Of a stretch of 64,000 nucleotides of DNA, positions 45,206 through 64,000 are shown in pieces (the stretch's first letter is position 1; each line of letters begins with the position of its first letter). Both the position numbers and the translations under genes were made by a program. Source of the stretch: Hormiphora californensis (taxonomy: Eukaryota; Animalia; Ctenophora). The notes beneath the pieces are model-generated. The model was given only the letters and a program-made list of their open reading frames with translations. It did not search any database and was not told where the DNA came from. Where the stretch lies: the NCBI GenBank assembly GCA_020137815.1, contig CM035352.1:5580001-5644000 (forward strand), read 5' to 3'.

Positions 45206-45566
45206 TGTACAACAACCTTTTTCCCGACCATCCGAGTATTGACTGTTATAGTTTTATGTAAATTTATAACTGTGGTAAATGTGTTTTTAATTGTATTGAG
45301 AGAGATTTTGTTGTACCATTGCGTTCTTTTATTTTAGCTTTTTAAAGCTCCAAGTAAACAATTTTTTATCGTGTGTACTAATGTTACATGGCCCCTCAGC
45401 TGGTACAAGCTTCCCTTTCCCATCCCTATATTCCATCCCTCTCTTTCCCGTTATCTCTTGCACTATCTATACATCACCTGACCCCCTCTCTCTAAACTCA
45501 ATTTTCTCCCAGCTCTTATCGTACAACAACGCCCGCTTCATTTCTCGAACCACATTTCCCTTCAAG

Positions 45567-49827
<4,261 letters not shown>

Positions 49828-50090
49828 ATACATCACATGTGTGTGTGTGTGTGTGTCCCAATGATCCAACCAGTTAAATGTCCTAATTAAAAACACCCTG
49901 TATACATGGTTTACAAAACTGTAATTTATATAATTTATACTCTGAAACTGTCTCTATATATTGTCCCGCGTTGTACATCTACCAGGAACCGACCGAATCA
50001 GGAAATACTGGTCCCTGATTGGCTGATAACCAGTCACGTGACCTAGATAACGAGTTCTGATTGGTTGTTTACTTGTTCCGCGTTGTACAT

Positions 50091-53000
50091 CTACCTACTC
50101 ATCAGCCTATGGCCTGCGTCCACGGTGTTCTCACGGCTCACTTGTCCCAGAGTGCTGATGGCCTGTCTAACTCGCTCCTCGCTGATAACAGCACCCAACT
50201 CCTTGATCACATCAGTCACATCCTTGGTACCTTGGTCCACTGAAGGGGGGAAATATATGTTCAATATAACAGCTAACTACTGTATGATTAGATTCGCATA
50301 TATATTCGTGGGAAGTTTTATGGGAAGAACCCGGAAGAACGATTAAACTTGAACTAGGTGTTTCTCTGAACCAGGTGTTTCTCGTTTGAAGTTCAACGGA
50401 ACCTGGATTTTAACTAAACATTTTACTTCAGCTAGGTGAATCGTTCATTCAGTTCTCAGGAAGCGCATCGAGACAGTAAAATACTACTTGATTTTATTTT
50501 ATTTGATCAAGTCAAACCCTTATATGGGCAGTCGACACCTAGAAAGAAACAACTACAATTGATCCCTCGATAGAGTAGTAAGATACAGTATGGTGTATGG
50601 TAACTACTAACTACAGTCGGACCCCGATTTAACGGCACCCTCGGGGGGAAAGGGTTTTGTCCGTTAAATCGGGGTGCCGCTAAATCGAGGGCCGTTAAAT
50701 CGGGGTCAGACTGTAGTATGTGGTCCCCCCTAGTTACTACCCTGTCTGATCGGCAGCTGACATGCAGGTATTACAATCTGATCCCCTTGTAGGACCGTAT
50801 AACCACCCACGACCGTATTTAGGTGCCGGCAGGCACCTCCGACCCGAAGAAAACAGCAAAAAACGAAAAAAAGAAAAAAAAATTTTTGCCCCTGCACAAA
50901 AACCCAAAAATGCCGGCCCTATTAAGAACAAAGAAAGGTTTTTTTTTGGGGGGGGGGGGGGCAAAAAACATGTCAACGATTGTGGCCACACCGTTTGAGA
51001 TATCGACTTGAAATTTTGTAGGCATGTTCTTGTAGTATTCCTTTGTGTCATGACGTTGGCGGATTTTTGAATTCTTAATTAATTAATTAATTATAGGTAA
51101 TTAAAAACGGTGCAAGGGCACCGTGCCCCTGCACATTGCGTGTTATGTCCCTTGCACCGCGCCCTTGCACCAAATTCTATTTTCCGTTCTGCTTAAAATA
51201 TCGACTTGAAACTTTGTAGGAATGTTCTTCAATCATAAAAGATGATGTTCGAAAAGTGGGAATAGTCAAAATTAATTAATTAGTTAGTTAGAGCCGTGCA
51301 AAAAATGGAATTTGGTGCAAGGGCAGGCAATGTGCAAGGGCAAATGGTGCAAGGGCAGCCCTTGCACCAATTTTATGATCGAACTGTGTCCACACCGTTT
51401 AATATTTTGACACGAAACTTTCTATGCATGTTCTAGTAGCATAACTACGAGTACTAGAAGAGCCGTATGATTAATATATCAATTAGGTAATTAATTATAG
51501 GCAAATTAATTAAAATTTGCCCCTGCACAATTTGTGCAAATTTCCCCTGAACATGTGCCCTTGCACCATTTTGTTTGCCCATGCACTAAATTACCGCGTG
51601 GCCCAAATTAAAGGGAGGGTACGTTGGCCTTCTTTTCACCCAGAAGTTTAATTTCAATCACTCTGATATTTTGACACAATGTCTGCATGGGTACTCATTC
51701 GAGGAATCCGAAGTTTCAAATCATAAAAGTTGAAAGTTCATTAATGAACTCAATTTTTCGTTTTTCGGGTTTTTTGAGGTTTTCTCTTGATTAAATTCGA
51801 TTTTATTATTCAAAAAACCGCCATACAATAGAGCAAGTATCAACAAATGGCAATCTGCATTTTTATTAAAATTGAATTAAGTTTAGTGGGTGAAATAAGT
51901 TATTTAAAGATGATATTTTTTACCAAACATCGATTTTGACCTGTTTTGACCAGAAATCGGTAAATTCAGGCGCTGAAAATCTGTACGGCCACTTCACTTG
52001 ATCAATTTTGATGTTAGCAGGAATTTAAGCTCTCTATCTTAAAATTCATTTTTCCGACTGGAATGAATCCTGAATGAACTTGAAAACAGGACTGCTTTTT
52101 GGAACCGGAATTTCACAGTCGCCTTCGGGTATCGATTTCCTTTCAAACGCGACTAATTTGAGCTCAATTGGACCACCACAAGAGACACAGTGTCTAGTTA
52201 TCTAACCCTAGGTTTGGTCATCTGACACCTAATGAGACGATAGCGTCATTACTAAGTGCCAATAAGCAGGTGTAACGGTCGAGTATCACGTATCACGTCT
52301 GCTAATGAGGATGGTGTACCGATACAGCATCCGTTAAAATGTAAGCTCTCTTGCTAACACGTCATAATTTGATGGGGATCACATGACTTACCCTAGGCTT
52401 AGAAAACGGATCACTGTGATTCTTGTGGTGATCCAATTAAGCTCAAACTGGTCCCATTCGAAAGGAAATCGATAGCCAAACAAATTTGTGAAACTTTGGT
52501 ACCGAAATATGGTCCCATATTGGTGTTCATTCAATGTTCATTCGGTCGAAAAAAATGAACTTTTATCCAGAGGGCTGAAACTTCGGATTCCTCGAATGAG
52601 TAACCATGCAGACATTGTGTCAAAATATCAGAGTGATTGAAATTAAACTTCTGGGTGAAAAGAAGGCCAACGTACCCTCCCTTTAATTTGGGCCACGCGG
52701 TATATTTTCCGTTCTGCTTAAAATATCGACTTGAAACTTTCTAGGAATGTTCTTCATGCATAAAACATATAATATAATCTACAGAAAGTGGGAATAGTCA
52801 AAATTAATTAATTAATTACTTAGAGATTAATTTTGGGGTGGCCCCTGCACAATTTTGGCAAATTTGATATTCAAACTTTGAGCCTTTGTGAAAGTAATGA
52901 AAATTATTTATTTCAGGTTATGATGAACAATAAGCTATAAAAACGCCCCTTTTTGTTACACAAGCCTGTGCTTGGTATCGAAGACACCTCACACTCTGTC

Positions 53001-56000
53001 GCCGGGCGACCTTCGCGTGCACACGCTGGCAAGGGGTAACTTCGTAACCAAAGCCTGTGCATTGTGCATAATGAAATGGATAAATTTTCATCCAGTTGCT
53101 GGCGATAGAACTCGATAGAGTTCGATTGATTTACCATGACAACGGAGTTGGTTACCATACTAACCAGAGAATTCGTTGTAAAATAGTCCTTTCTTGCTAT
53201 AAACTCGGCCTTTAGATAGAAAATTGATTTTATTCTACTCGCACTAATGCAAGGGCATTTCACAGTTTGGTGCCGTTATTTTTGTCTCTATTTTTAATAG
53301 GATTTTGGGATTAGACTGAAAGTATGGGATCATTTGAGAAGTAGTGAAGATTTGAAAATGTTAGCAACTTGCCGGTTCGACAAACTAAACCCATATGATT
53401 CCAACTTCGGGTCGGACGAGGGGAAGCTTGCCTTTTGCGAACATAACCACCCACGAATGACACTTTTTGTAGTGAGCTATGGTAAGGGAGTATTAGGCAA
53501 CGTCAACTTACAGAACTCAGTTCGAGATACTGGATAGGTGTATTTATGGGTTTCAATGGCTGATAGTTCCTCAAGTTTGTCAATCATCTGGTCCTCAATG
53601 GCTACAATCTCTGCTTCCGTCCAGTTAGAAAATGCAGAATTTATAAACTCCTAAAAAGATTATGAAAACCTCATAGCTAGTGTTATGAACAAACATAAGG
53701 TATATTCTCATCCGTTATACGCGGTCAAAGTTTGCCAAATTAGCCAAAAATGTTGCTGAGTACGGGTTTACCTGTCCCTCATGTAGGTTAGTTAAATTCT
53801 CCTCGATTTGAGTGAGCTGAATCTTCATGACGTCTTCGTTGGAGCTGCATCTCTGGTTGACCTGCTTCACGAGTTCCATCTGAAACATCATTTGAAATGA
53901 TTCATTTCAGTCATCTTCTGATCATTGCCAGACCCTCACAGTTCTCAGCTGTTCCTTACCTCTCTTTCCTTGAGGTAGTTTATGCACCTCTCAGTCATCT
54001 CCTGGATTTTCCTCTTAGCAGCGAGGCTCTCAACGTCGCTCTCCCGGTCAGCGTTCTTTATTTTCACAATGCTCTGCCTGGGAAGCAGTTGTGGATGGTA
54101 CCGGAATGTGTCATTTTGGGGAAGTGAGAGGACTGGCATAACGCCATTCCACATCTGTATTTCGCAATGTCATAAAAAAGGGTTAGTAGGAGGTCTGGGT
54201 GGGGGATAGCGTACCTCAGGGGTTTGTACGTGCATATAAATTTCTTAACCAATCTGCATAATCAATAATACTGATCTATGAAAAGAGTTTGACTTCCTCT
54301 TTCCAATGATCCTAAGATTTTCGAAAATGTTTGAAAAATGGCCGAGTTATGGCGTAAAAAGTCTCAAAATGGTGCCAAAATGGTGATTTCTAAACTGTAC
54401 TTGGCAAATTTTGTAGTCGACGGGGGCTCTACTTGAAGGGTACCCTGGTTTTGTATTAGGGGGACCGACTGGGGGGTTGTAAGCTCACTTGAGGTTGTAT
54501 ATTTTAGTTTCTGTCCTCTTTTTCAACTCCTCCATTTTCACCTGGAAGTAAGAGTCGTTGTAATGTCTGGTTTTTAGGTGACCGACCGACACAAGTAAAC
54601 AACCAATCAGAACTCGTTATTTAGGTCACGTGACTGGTTAACAGCCAATCAGGGACCAGTATTTCCTGATTCGGTCGGTTCCTGGTCTGGTTTTTAGGGG
54701 ACTACCCGGGCCGCTGGGTATGGTTCAAGCATGGGCTGATGACAAATTCCTTATTCACCGTTTAAACATCAATTTTTAATGTTGAAATACGGTAGCTGAA
54801 GCAGTAACCATGACGCTTGAATTGCGTAAATTTATTGGACAATCTCAAGCTGCCGAAAGTGCCAAAAACAGCTTTACTTGTTTGGTTGCAAATGGATGTG
54901 GTAGTTTCCAAATTGATATTGGAATAGAGATACCAACTATAGTAGTGAACTTTCTAAGTGAGGGTAAAAGCTTTTAGTGCCTTTGAAATCATTTAAACCA
55001 TTTTCATAAACGACAATAAGTTGACGAAAAGTCTTTCTTAGGGCATCTATTCACGGTCAATCTAAACGTGGTAGGCCTTCGAAAACCTTTGTGGACGTTC
55101 TACGGCAAGATAGGGGTCTGGGTGACGTGAATGAGATAGCTTCAGTGATGGATCATGGAGGAGCGTGATGCATGGAGAAAACTTGTTCAAGTCGTTCAGG
55201 TATTCCACCCGCCACGATTACGTTATCGTGGAATGAATGAATAAATGGTTATGGTAATGGTTTAAATAAAGCTTTAATGATGCTTATCTTTGAGATTATG
55301 ATGAATGGTCTAGACGTAGATTATTAATTGCTTATAACGGGGGAATTCAAAAACTACAATACTGCCCCTTACGTTCTTTAAATGACACTGGTTACTTTGA
55401 GATAAGGTGGTTATAGAGACTGGTGGTGAGATCTGACTTAAGAATTACCTTGATATGCTCATACACCTCCTCAATACTGACTACGTCATGGGACTTGTGG
55501 TGGCCTATGGCACACCTGGGGCACACTGCTTTCTCACAATCGTTACAGAACAGTGAAACTAGCTCCTTCGGGTGGGTCAAGCCTGATAGAAAAGATTATG
55601 ATAAGGACTTGTTACTTCATACATGATATTACTGTGTTGGTTTGGGGAGTCAATCCTCAGAGAGAACTCTACAGAGAACCTATAGATTCTCAGGACCTAG
55701 ATGTATACTTACAGTAGTGCCTCTTATGAAGCATCTGGAACGCCTGGTGGGATTCCAAAACATCCTCTATTAGAACTAGATGGTGGTCACACGTTGCACG
55801 CGACCTTTCGTGGAAATCTGCGTGTCTCTGACAGTAGTTCTCCTGACATTCAATGCAGTGGTACCTGTCCGAAATTATAGAGCATATTATGGAGGTGGCC
55901 ATTGGTCACCTGTCTAGATTGTGCTGCCTTAGTAGACAGTCTGGCAGCAGACATTTTACCTTGTTTTTAATTCTCAAAAATCTCTGATCAAGTTTTAGGG

Positions 56001-57795
56001 ATCTGTTATAAACTGATACCCCCTCCAATTAAACTAAATATATTTGACATACTTGGAGAGCAGGTCACATCCCACACAAGTGAGAAGCCCCAGTTTGTGC
56101 TCGCCCCTCATTTTCACCATCTGTAGAAGCTTCATGATACGGAGGTTGGTCTTGAAGCCGAGTATAGTACCCCCGGGAATGAGAGCCTCCCTTCGGCAAA
56201 CTGGACATCGCAGGACCTCAGGGTTCTTAGGGGTGTAGCCCACGCCTGTATAGAATGTGGAATCAAGAGCTAATAATGAAGGGTACCCTTCGCGTGTCGT
56301 GTGTGTTTTTGTGTGGAGAGTGGGAGAACGGTTCCCCTCCACACCAAGATAAAGGGTCAGTACAGTACACGTGTACACACAGTACACACACACACACACA
56401 GTACACGTGTATTCAACTTCATGCTCTTACCCTTATTACACCCGGGGCAGCAGAGTGTTTTCTCAGGACATCGGGAGCACCGAATACTCTTCTTCTTGAC
56501 ATCCTCCTTGGCCAGCACCTCAAGACATTCTCCACACACTGAAAAATTCACAACGTTATGTTGTTGTTATTTTTCAAACTTTGTCTCTGTCATAGATAAT
56601 AGACATAGTGGGGCGCCGTGACAGAAGTGTTGAGGGTCAAGCATGAGAGTTAAATATTTCATGGCATGGATAGTAACGTACAAGGTGGCCCACGGATTTT
56701 TTCCCTGCCCGGGTGGATGCCGAAGGCATCCACCCGGATGCCTTTTTACTTTGTAAAAAGGCATAGCAGGGTTAGAATTCGAAAACGACATTTTGGTATA
56801 CTAACTAATCGGTAGAGGGACATTTTTTGGTCACACTTTCGTTGCGAGGGGCAACCGTGCGGCGCGCACGATTTGAAGTTTGCGGAGTAACATGCGCGCC
56901 ACAAACTATTGAAAATTTATGAGGCGTGCGCGGCTATAAACTGTAACGCGCGGCAAAATTTGTTTTATATCGGCCGCACGTTTTTGGGGAAAATGCAAAT
57001 TGAGAAATTGCGTTTTTTTCAAAAATTCGGAAAACACAAATCCCCATTTTGTGGACAGCTTAATGGCGAGTTGAATGGCAAATCGAAGAGGGCAGGGAAA
57101 CGTAGCATTATGGATACATAATGCAAATAATTCTTGTTGGTCATGGTTAGCGGGTTGGCAAATGGCAGGTCAAAACTGTGAGAATAAAAATTATGGGAGC
57201 ACTCTGGATCAATTTCTTGGTAACTTTTTCCATAATTCGAAAATTCATTTTCATTCCTTCAGTTATTTCTTGTTCATTTATGACGAGCATCCTAATTTAT
57301 CCTCATCATGCTATTTTCTTTGGCTTGAATTTATCTTTCCAGCAAGCACCTTATTTTGTTCAAACCCAATTTATGTCATTTTAAGGGGGTCTATCTATCT
57401 ATAAATCTATCTACATAGTGCCTGGGCTTGCCAAGGGGGTCTAGTAAGGTGTTGAGTGGTGCTACAAACCTGTGTGCAGACATGGTAGAACGCGTGGCCT
57501 CTTATCTCTAGCGTTCTCTTCAGTAGGTATTTCGTAGGCTTTGTTACAAGCCGGGCAAGTCAACTCTGCCTGGACCGCCTAGACAAAAACAAGTAGAATT
57601 ATATGGAACCAAGCTGATCATGTTTACTATACACACCCAGATAATCTCAAATATAATGTGTTGCTCCTTCATAATACCTCGCTAGGCTACTGAGATGTCA
57701 ACTTGGGTGCCGGTGTCACCAGGTGCCAGCATGGACATGGTGGACAAGGCATCACCCTCCTGGAGGGGTACGGACGGGAGCGGTGTCGTCGTCAT
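50091..57795 (-). CDS. TRIM protein (RING, two B-boxes, coiled coil), multi-exon; start exon uncertain
   Basis: ELTCPACNKAY...PRVLPCLHT (57470-57578), VCGECL (~56540), CPVCR (~56205), B-box1 CIECQENYCQRHADFHERSRATCDHHLV, B-box2 HPKELVSLFCNDCEKAVCPRCAIGHHKSH, helical exons 53480-54060, last exon 50091-50239. Confidence 0.8.
50816..53445. mobile_element. 1.5-kb dispersed element, copy 2, carrying a nested mariner-type MITE
   Basis: Matches 26515-28045; flanked by duplicated ATAACCACCCACGA at 50799-50812 and 53443-53456. Confidence 0.85.
51594..52700. mobile_element. Tc1/mariner-type MITE (~120-bp TIR CCGCGTGGCCCAAATTAAAGGG, TA TSD)
   Basis: The empty site CTAAATTATATTTTCCG is present in copy 1 at ~27290. 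Confidence 0.88.
56700..57138 (+). mobile_element. Second Helentron/HINE-type element
   Basis: TTTCCCTGCCC plus hairpin at 5'; GGGCAGGGAAAC, GCATTATG/CATAATGC stem-loop and CTTGTT at 3'. Ends shared with 8214-8867; interior differs. Confidence 0.72.
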
Positions 57796-58375
57796 GACCT
57801 AGCAGATAGCAAAGTGTACAAGCTAGAGAGAGGTGGGATGGAGATGTGTGTGTGTGTCTCTCACAACACCTCACTCTGGTAACAAGCTCAGGTGGACCAA
57901 TTGCTGAGAGATATGTGACACGTGATGGGGGTCATGTGACTTGTTTTAAGTGTCAATAGATGTGTGCATTGTGGATTAATCATGCAAGCAATCCATCTCC
58001 TGAGTTCTTTTCCTCACCGTATTATAGACACCCTCCTGCACAAGGGTCCCTGCTTGGATGGGGCCGGGACTGGCAGTGTATACACTTATTGATTGTTTGT
58101 CTACCTTTAAGCGTCTCGCTTTAGTTTGTTTACCTTTTTTTAAATATATTTAATATAATCAATTGGGTACTTGAGGGTATTTAGCCACGCCTTATGTGCC
58201 AGTAAATCGTTGTACATTATTTATCGAATTGCTCCAAGCCATCAAATAACAATGGTGCTTTAAAATCACCCTTTTAAAATTGACATCTTCTGTCATATAT
58301 CGTATCTGACCATATCGTATGTGACCACTACTAGTAGTAGTGGTAGTATCTGTCCACGATGAATTGTAGAAACTA

Positions 58376-59719
<1,344 letters not shown>

Positions 59720-59914
59720 TATAAAATATAAATGGTCATTTAAATAAGCTTGTCTGTCAACACTCACTTTATAAAATCAAGTACACAAACAGTCTAACTT
59801 GGCAAAAACAAGTACCGTATGTTGATCTACCGGACCCTCACAGTATGCGGTGTGCAGTATGCGGTGTGACTGTGATCCACACACATCTTATGCAGTGTAA
59901 AACTAATACCCTAT

Positions 59915-61662
59915 ATGTATCTTCCACACAGCTGGCTTGGTAAAATGGCAAAATCCCCGTCTGAGATTGGGATGTTACCCCGAGGCGATAGATCCTCAAC
60001 AGTCCAATCCCGCTCTACCACCGCCGGGCCCAAGGGAGAGAGAGTTGACGATCTACTGTCGGAGAAAGTCACCAAAGAGGTACAGTCGGACCCCGATTTA
60101 ACGGGCGAAACCCTTTCATCCGAACATCCCGGTAAACCGGGGTCCGACGTTATATTTTGATTCAAAATTTGAAGTGAAATATCATTGAGGGGATTTTATC
60201 CGTTCGGTAAATTGAGATCCGGTAAATCGAGGTTTGACTGTACTGTACCATCACCCACCCTTATGATTCCCTCTAATATCACTTGATCCTTTAGATAACC
60301 TGTAATCCGTGTGGACGGACGTTTCGTTATGGCATGAGAACTCCCCGTATCTTGCCTTGTCTGCATACCAGCTGCGAGAAGTGTTTGCGTCCCAAGATGA
60401 TCGGAGAGGAATATGGCGGTCGAGATAGTAGGGGCGCTGACACCGCTGTCGGATTTGTAGGTATAAAGAGAGTATTATAATATATACTGACCAATAACCG
60501 ATAGTGTATTAGATAATATTCCTTGCTATTATAGATAACATTCCTTGCTATAAATTCCACAAGGATTATATAAGACTATATAGATTATAGCCTTTCGCCG
60601 CCGCTGGTTGAATGGTTCGATTAAATATCCCTGACAGATTCCGTCGCGAGATGACTGCAGCTGGTTATATGATCGAGACATTGCGATAGTATTAATATCT
60701 AGTTTAGCCATTTTAAGGCCCCTCATTTGTCTCATCTGATATGATGTCTTGAGAGCAATTTGACTAGCACAAGATTTTGGATTATGGAGAAATAAATGAA
60801 TTTAGAGGCTAACTATTTAGCTAGCCATTCATTGAACAACGCCCCTCCATGTTATTTCCAGATGATTCTCAAACGAACGGAGAAGTGAGTCCCGGGGAGA
60901 ACCCTCTTGCAGCCTACAAAGTTGTCTGTCCTATCTGCAGGAGGCCTGCTAACGTTACAGGAGACAAGATAGATACTTTACCCATAAACTACTATGCTGT
61001 TAAACTACTGGAACTGATTGATTACTTTAAATTGGAGAGAAACGTAAGAAGTGGCGGAGAATATCACCTGCAGTAAAGAGAGGGAACTAGTTCAGTTTTA
61101 ATCTGTCTGGTGGCGCCGCCGGCCCGATTTGAGTGCTGAGAATCAAAACGGGGCCGGTGTTACTGCAATACATGATAATATCGTACAATCACGATACTGT
61201 AATGTTACTTGTTAGAACACTTGTTCTACATCTCCCCTTTCTCAGAACAAGCTACCCTGTATTGGATGCGCGGAGCCAGCTCACTGGAGGTGTATTGAAT
61301 GTGATGAAAACTACTGCCAAGATCATAGTGACTTCCACCATAAATCAAGGTACACCTTGTTGAGTAAGGGCCGGTGGGAGACAAGGTACACCTTGTTGAG
61401 TAAGGGCCGGTGGGAGACAAGGTACGCCAGAATAAAAGTGTCATTTTCGAATTCTATCCTACATTTTCGGTGACCAGATTCTAGCTACCAGTTCTTTGGA
61501 CTTTATAATTGCATGATTAAACCTGACCTTTTTTCCAGGGCAACAAGTGACCATCGGATCCTGTCCTTCAAGCAGATCCTTCTTTCACCCCGGTCTTTGA
61601 GTACGATGAGGAACCAGTACTGTAGTCAGCATAACAACAAACCTCTTGAAATATTTTGCAAG
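59915..61662 (+). CDS. Second TRIM paralogue (RING, B-box1, start of B-box2); 3' part not seen
   Basis: Exons ~59915-60079, 60295-60460 (ITCNPCGRTF...PRILPCLHTSCEKCL), 60862-61042 (CPICRR...LPINYYAVKL), 61246-61349 (CIECDENYCQDHSDFH), 61539-61662 (YCSQHNNKPLEIFCK). Confidence 0.8.
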
Positions 61663-62466
61663 GTATATGTTGTATTGTCACTATAGAATTGTACTGGGGA
61701 ATAATGGGAAACATTCTTGACAGCACCTGACCCAAATTCACGCGCTTCCAAAAGATATACGTATTCATGACTCATAGCGAAAGTCGCGATAGTTCTTTAG
61801 GGTATCATACCCGACACTCTTAAAAAAAGAAGAAGATGACTCATAGCAAAACGTTTTTTCTCGAATAAAACAGCATATGTTACGATGCAGTTAGAATTTT
61901 TGAAAACATGAATATATATTGCACAAGATCTGATTCTCACGGGTAAGCAATCTGACACAAGGACAAATTGTATATTATGAGGGACGGGCAGCATATAATG
62001 GTTCGAATTGCCCCGGTTTACCCTATGCTATTATTCGTCGTGTGTGACAGATTGTTTACCCGCGAGATCTCTTCAAGTTGCTGTACAAATTGTAGGGTCA
62101 CGGTAAAGTTTCAGTCTAAACTAGTACAATTGTTCGAAGTCTAGACTGAAATGTTCATGACCGGAATGAAATATTCACATCCACCTATCAACTATATTTG
62201 TCTATAGATTTACTTTCCACGGATCGCGTGTCGTCACATAGAGAATATAAGTGGCACCCAAGTGGCACCATGGTACCATGTACTAATATCTGTAGCTGCA
62301 GATTATAAATGCTCGGGGGATTTAGAAATGTTCGATGGCACTACAACTTGGCAGCTCGATTTACTTAACAGTCCTCCCTGTCTCGTCATGTTGTTACTGG
62401 TAGTCCTTATTTTGGGATCCCCAGCTCCCCCCGCATCACAACTTGAGAAGAGCTTGTTCGTTCCTC

Positions 62467-63890
62467 TTAGAAATGCCAAGCTTCCTTGAATCTTATTCCT
62501 GCAAAATTTGTTGTCAGGCACACTCGGGGGAATAACATACATCTGGGATGGGACTCCAATAATATTTCTACACATGTATATACCCACCTAATTGTACTGC
62601 TCCTAATCAGTATCAGTAAAGGATTGTACGCTGATAGTATTACTGGCATCAAACACGCCCCTGTAAACTGCAGAATAGGTAGAACCGGACTGCCAGTCGC
62701 CCTTAGAGCTATGAAAAGGGAGACAAATAGAGCCTGTAGGAAGTTGCCCACATTCATTAGAATAATGGTAACACTGCCCTGTCCCCGGCTCTTATCTGCT
62801 TGGTTCCTCAGGGAAATGTAGAGAACAAGACAGGTTGCTATGGCCGTTACTATCGAGACAATACCATTCACCTAGGGAGGGGGGGCAGAATAGAGATGAT
62901 TTATCAAACAACGCTTTACACTCAGTCATTACAGCCAGCTGCAGGGATTATACCAGGTATTTATACCTGATATTTCACTCGTATTTATACCTGATATTTC
63001 ACCCGTATCAGAAGGAAGTGAGGCTCACTCTCATTCAGGGTACTGACTGCTAGTTGTTCCTCTTGAGACCATTTACCCCTGGTTATCACCACCGTGGTTG
63101 TGTTAACCACTAGCGCAGTTAACAGAAACCCCGCACAGAAACACTTTAGAAGCCGTCGATGTATCCGGTAAAATGGTAGACGAATGCATATCAACCTGAT
63201 CACTCCTATATCGGGGGGGGGGGGGGTGACACGTAACACTATATCGGGAGAGAGAGAATGTTTTACATTAGGTTTAAATTTTACAAGAACATTCACAGTG
63301 ATGCATGTTATAGTTATTGACTTTCATGCCAATGCTCTGACCACAGTTCTCGCGTGCTCCGAGTCCGAGAAATGAGAATCAGGACAATGCTTTGACAGGT
63401 TATAGAGCTCATAATTAGCTAACTCCTGTAGTCTGCACCTTCCATTGAGAGATTTGTGTCTAACTATAACTAGCTATCTGCTATAGTTAAATACGGTTCA
63501 GTATTTAATATTTGCGTACTGCAATATATATGCCATGCAGTGGTTGAACAAAGCCTGATAACTAAGCTACAATTATACTATATATAAAACAGCTCTCTAC
63601 GCGAAACTGGTTTGGCCATGTGACTTTTCTTCGGTTAAATTGCCGTGACCCCCCGTAATAAACAACTATCTCGCGATCTATATATCTGTATACCAAGGAT
63701 TGCGATTGGTTACGAAGTCACCCCTATTATTGCATATAGCTAGCGCAGAGGGGGAATTTCATTACCAAGGATTGCGACATGAGTTGCAGACATGCATCCG
63801 GCCGTTAGGAACCACACTGTCAGAACCCGCTCCACAACTGTACTTCCTCTCTGAAATATAGAACCGGGATATGTATCAAGATGTGGCTGA
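62467..63890 (-). CDS. Rhodopsin-type GPCR, 3' exons (TM3-TM7); 5' part outside the window
   Basis: VWFLTAGCMSATHVAILG; VIRLICIRLPFY; TM5-7 exon 62467-62871 with SVTIILMN and LSAYNPLLIL. Confidence 0.7.
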
Positions 63891-64000
63891 ACTGAGTAGT
63901 ACAAGTACAAAATGTAGTACAAGTACAAAATGTAGTACAAGAACAAAATGTTAGTTTTAACTGATGTGAATTATATAGTTATATACCTCCATCGATTGCT

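Overview
Eukaryotic, intron-rich and very TE-dense window. It is most likely ctenophore (Pleurobrachia-like); this is inferred from two copies of a motif matching, from memory, the ctenophore spliced leader (SL) ...AAACTTTTCAACACTACTTTAAACAAATTAATTTGAG. Host genes: a long RUN/coiled-coil/PX gene (SNX29-like, +, 6427-43279) whose introns hold two head-to-head rhodopsin-type GPCR genes, LINEs, a Crypton and many MITEs; a cathepsin D-like protease (+); two divergently transcribed TRIM (RING/B-box/B-box) paralogues; and a third GPCR at the right edge. Mobile elements: an RTE LINE with an unbroken ORF and an HDV-like ribozyme core in its 5' UTR; a full-length L2-type LINE whose 5' end is the SL, interrupted by a mariner-type palindromic element that itself contains a Helitron; an apparently complete Crypton whose tyrosine recombinase ends in a transmembrane-like tail; Helentron-type, hAT, Merlin-like, Kolobok-like and Tc1/pogo MITEs. 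The strongest candidate for new biology is SL trans-splicing used by retroelements: the SL-capped LINE, and a 240-bp palindrome with the SL at its centre, fused on both arms to a hammerhead-ribozyme core, in a geometry suggesting SL-mediated fold-back priming. All calls were made by eye without searches, and exon boundaries are approximate.
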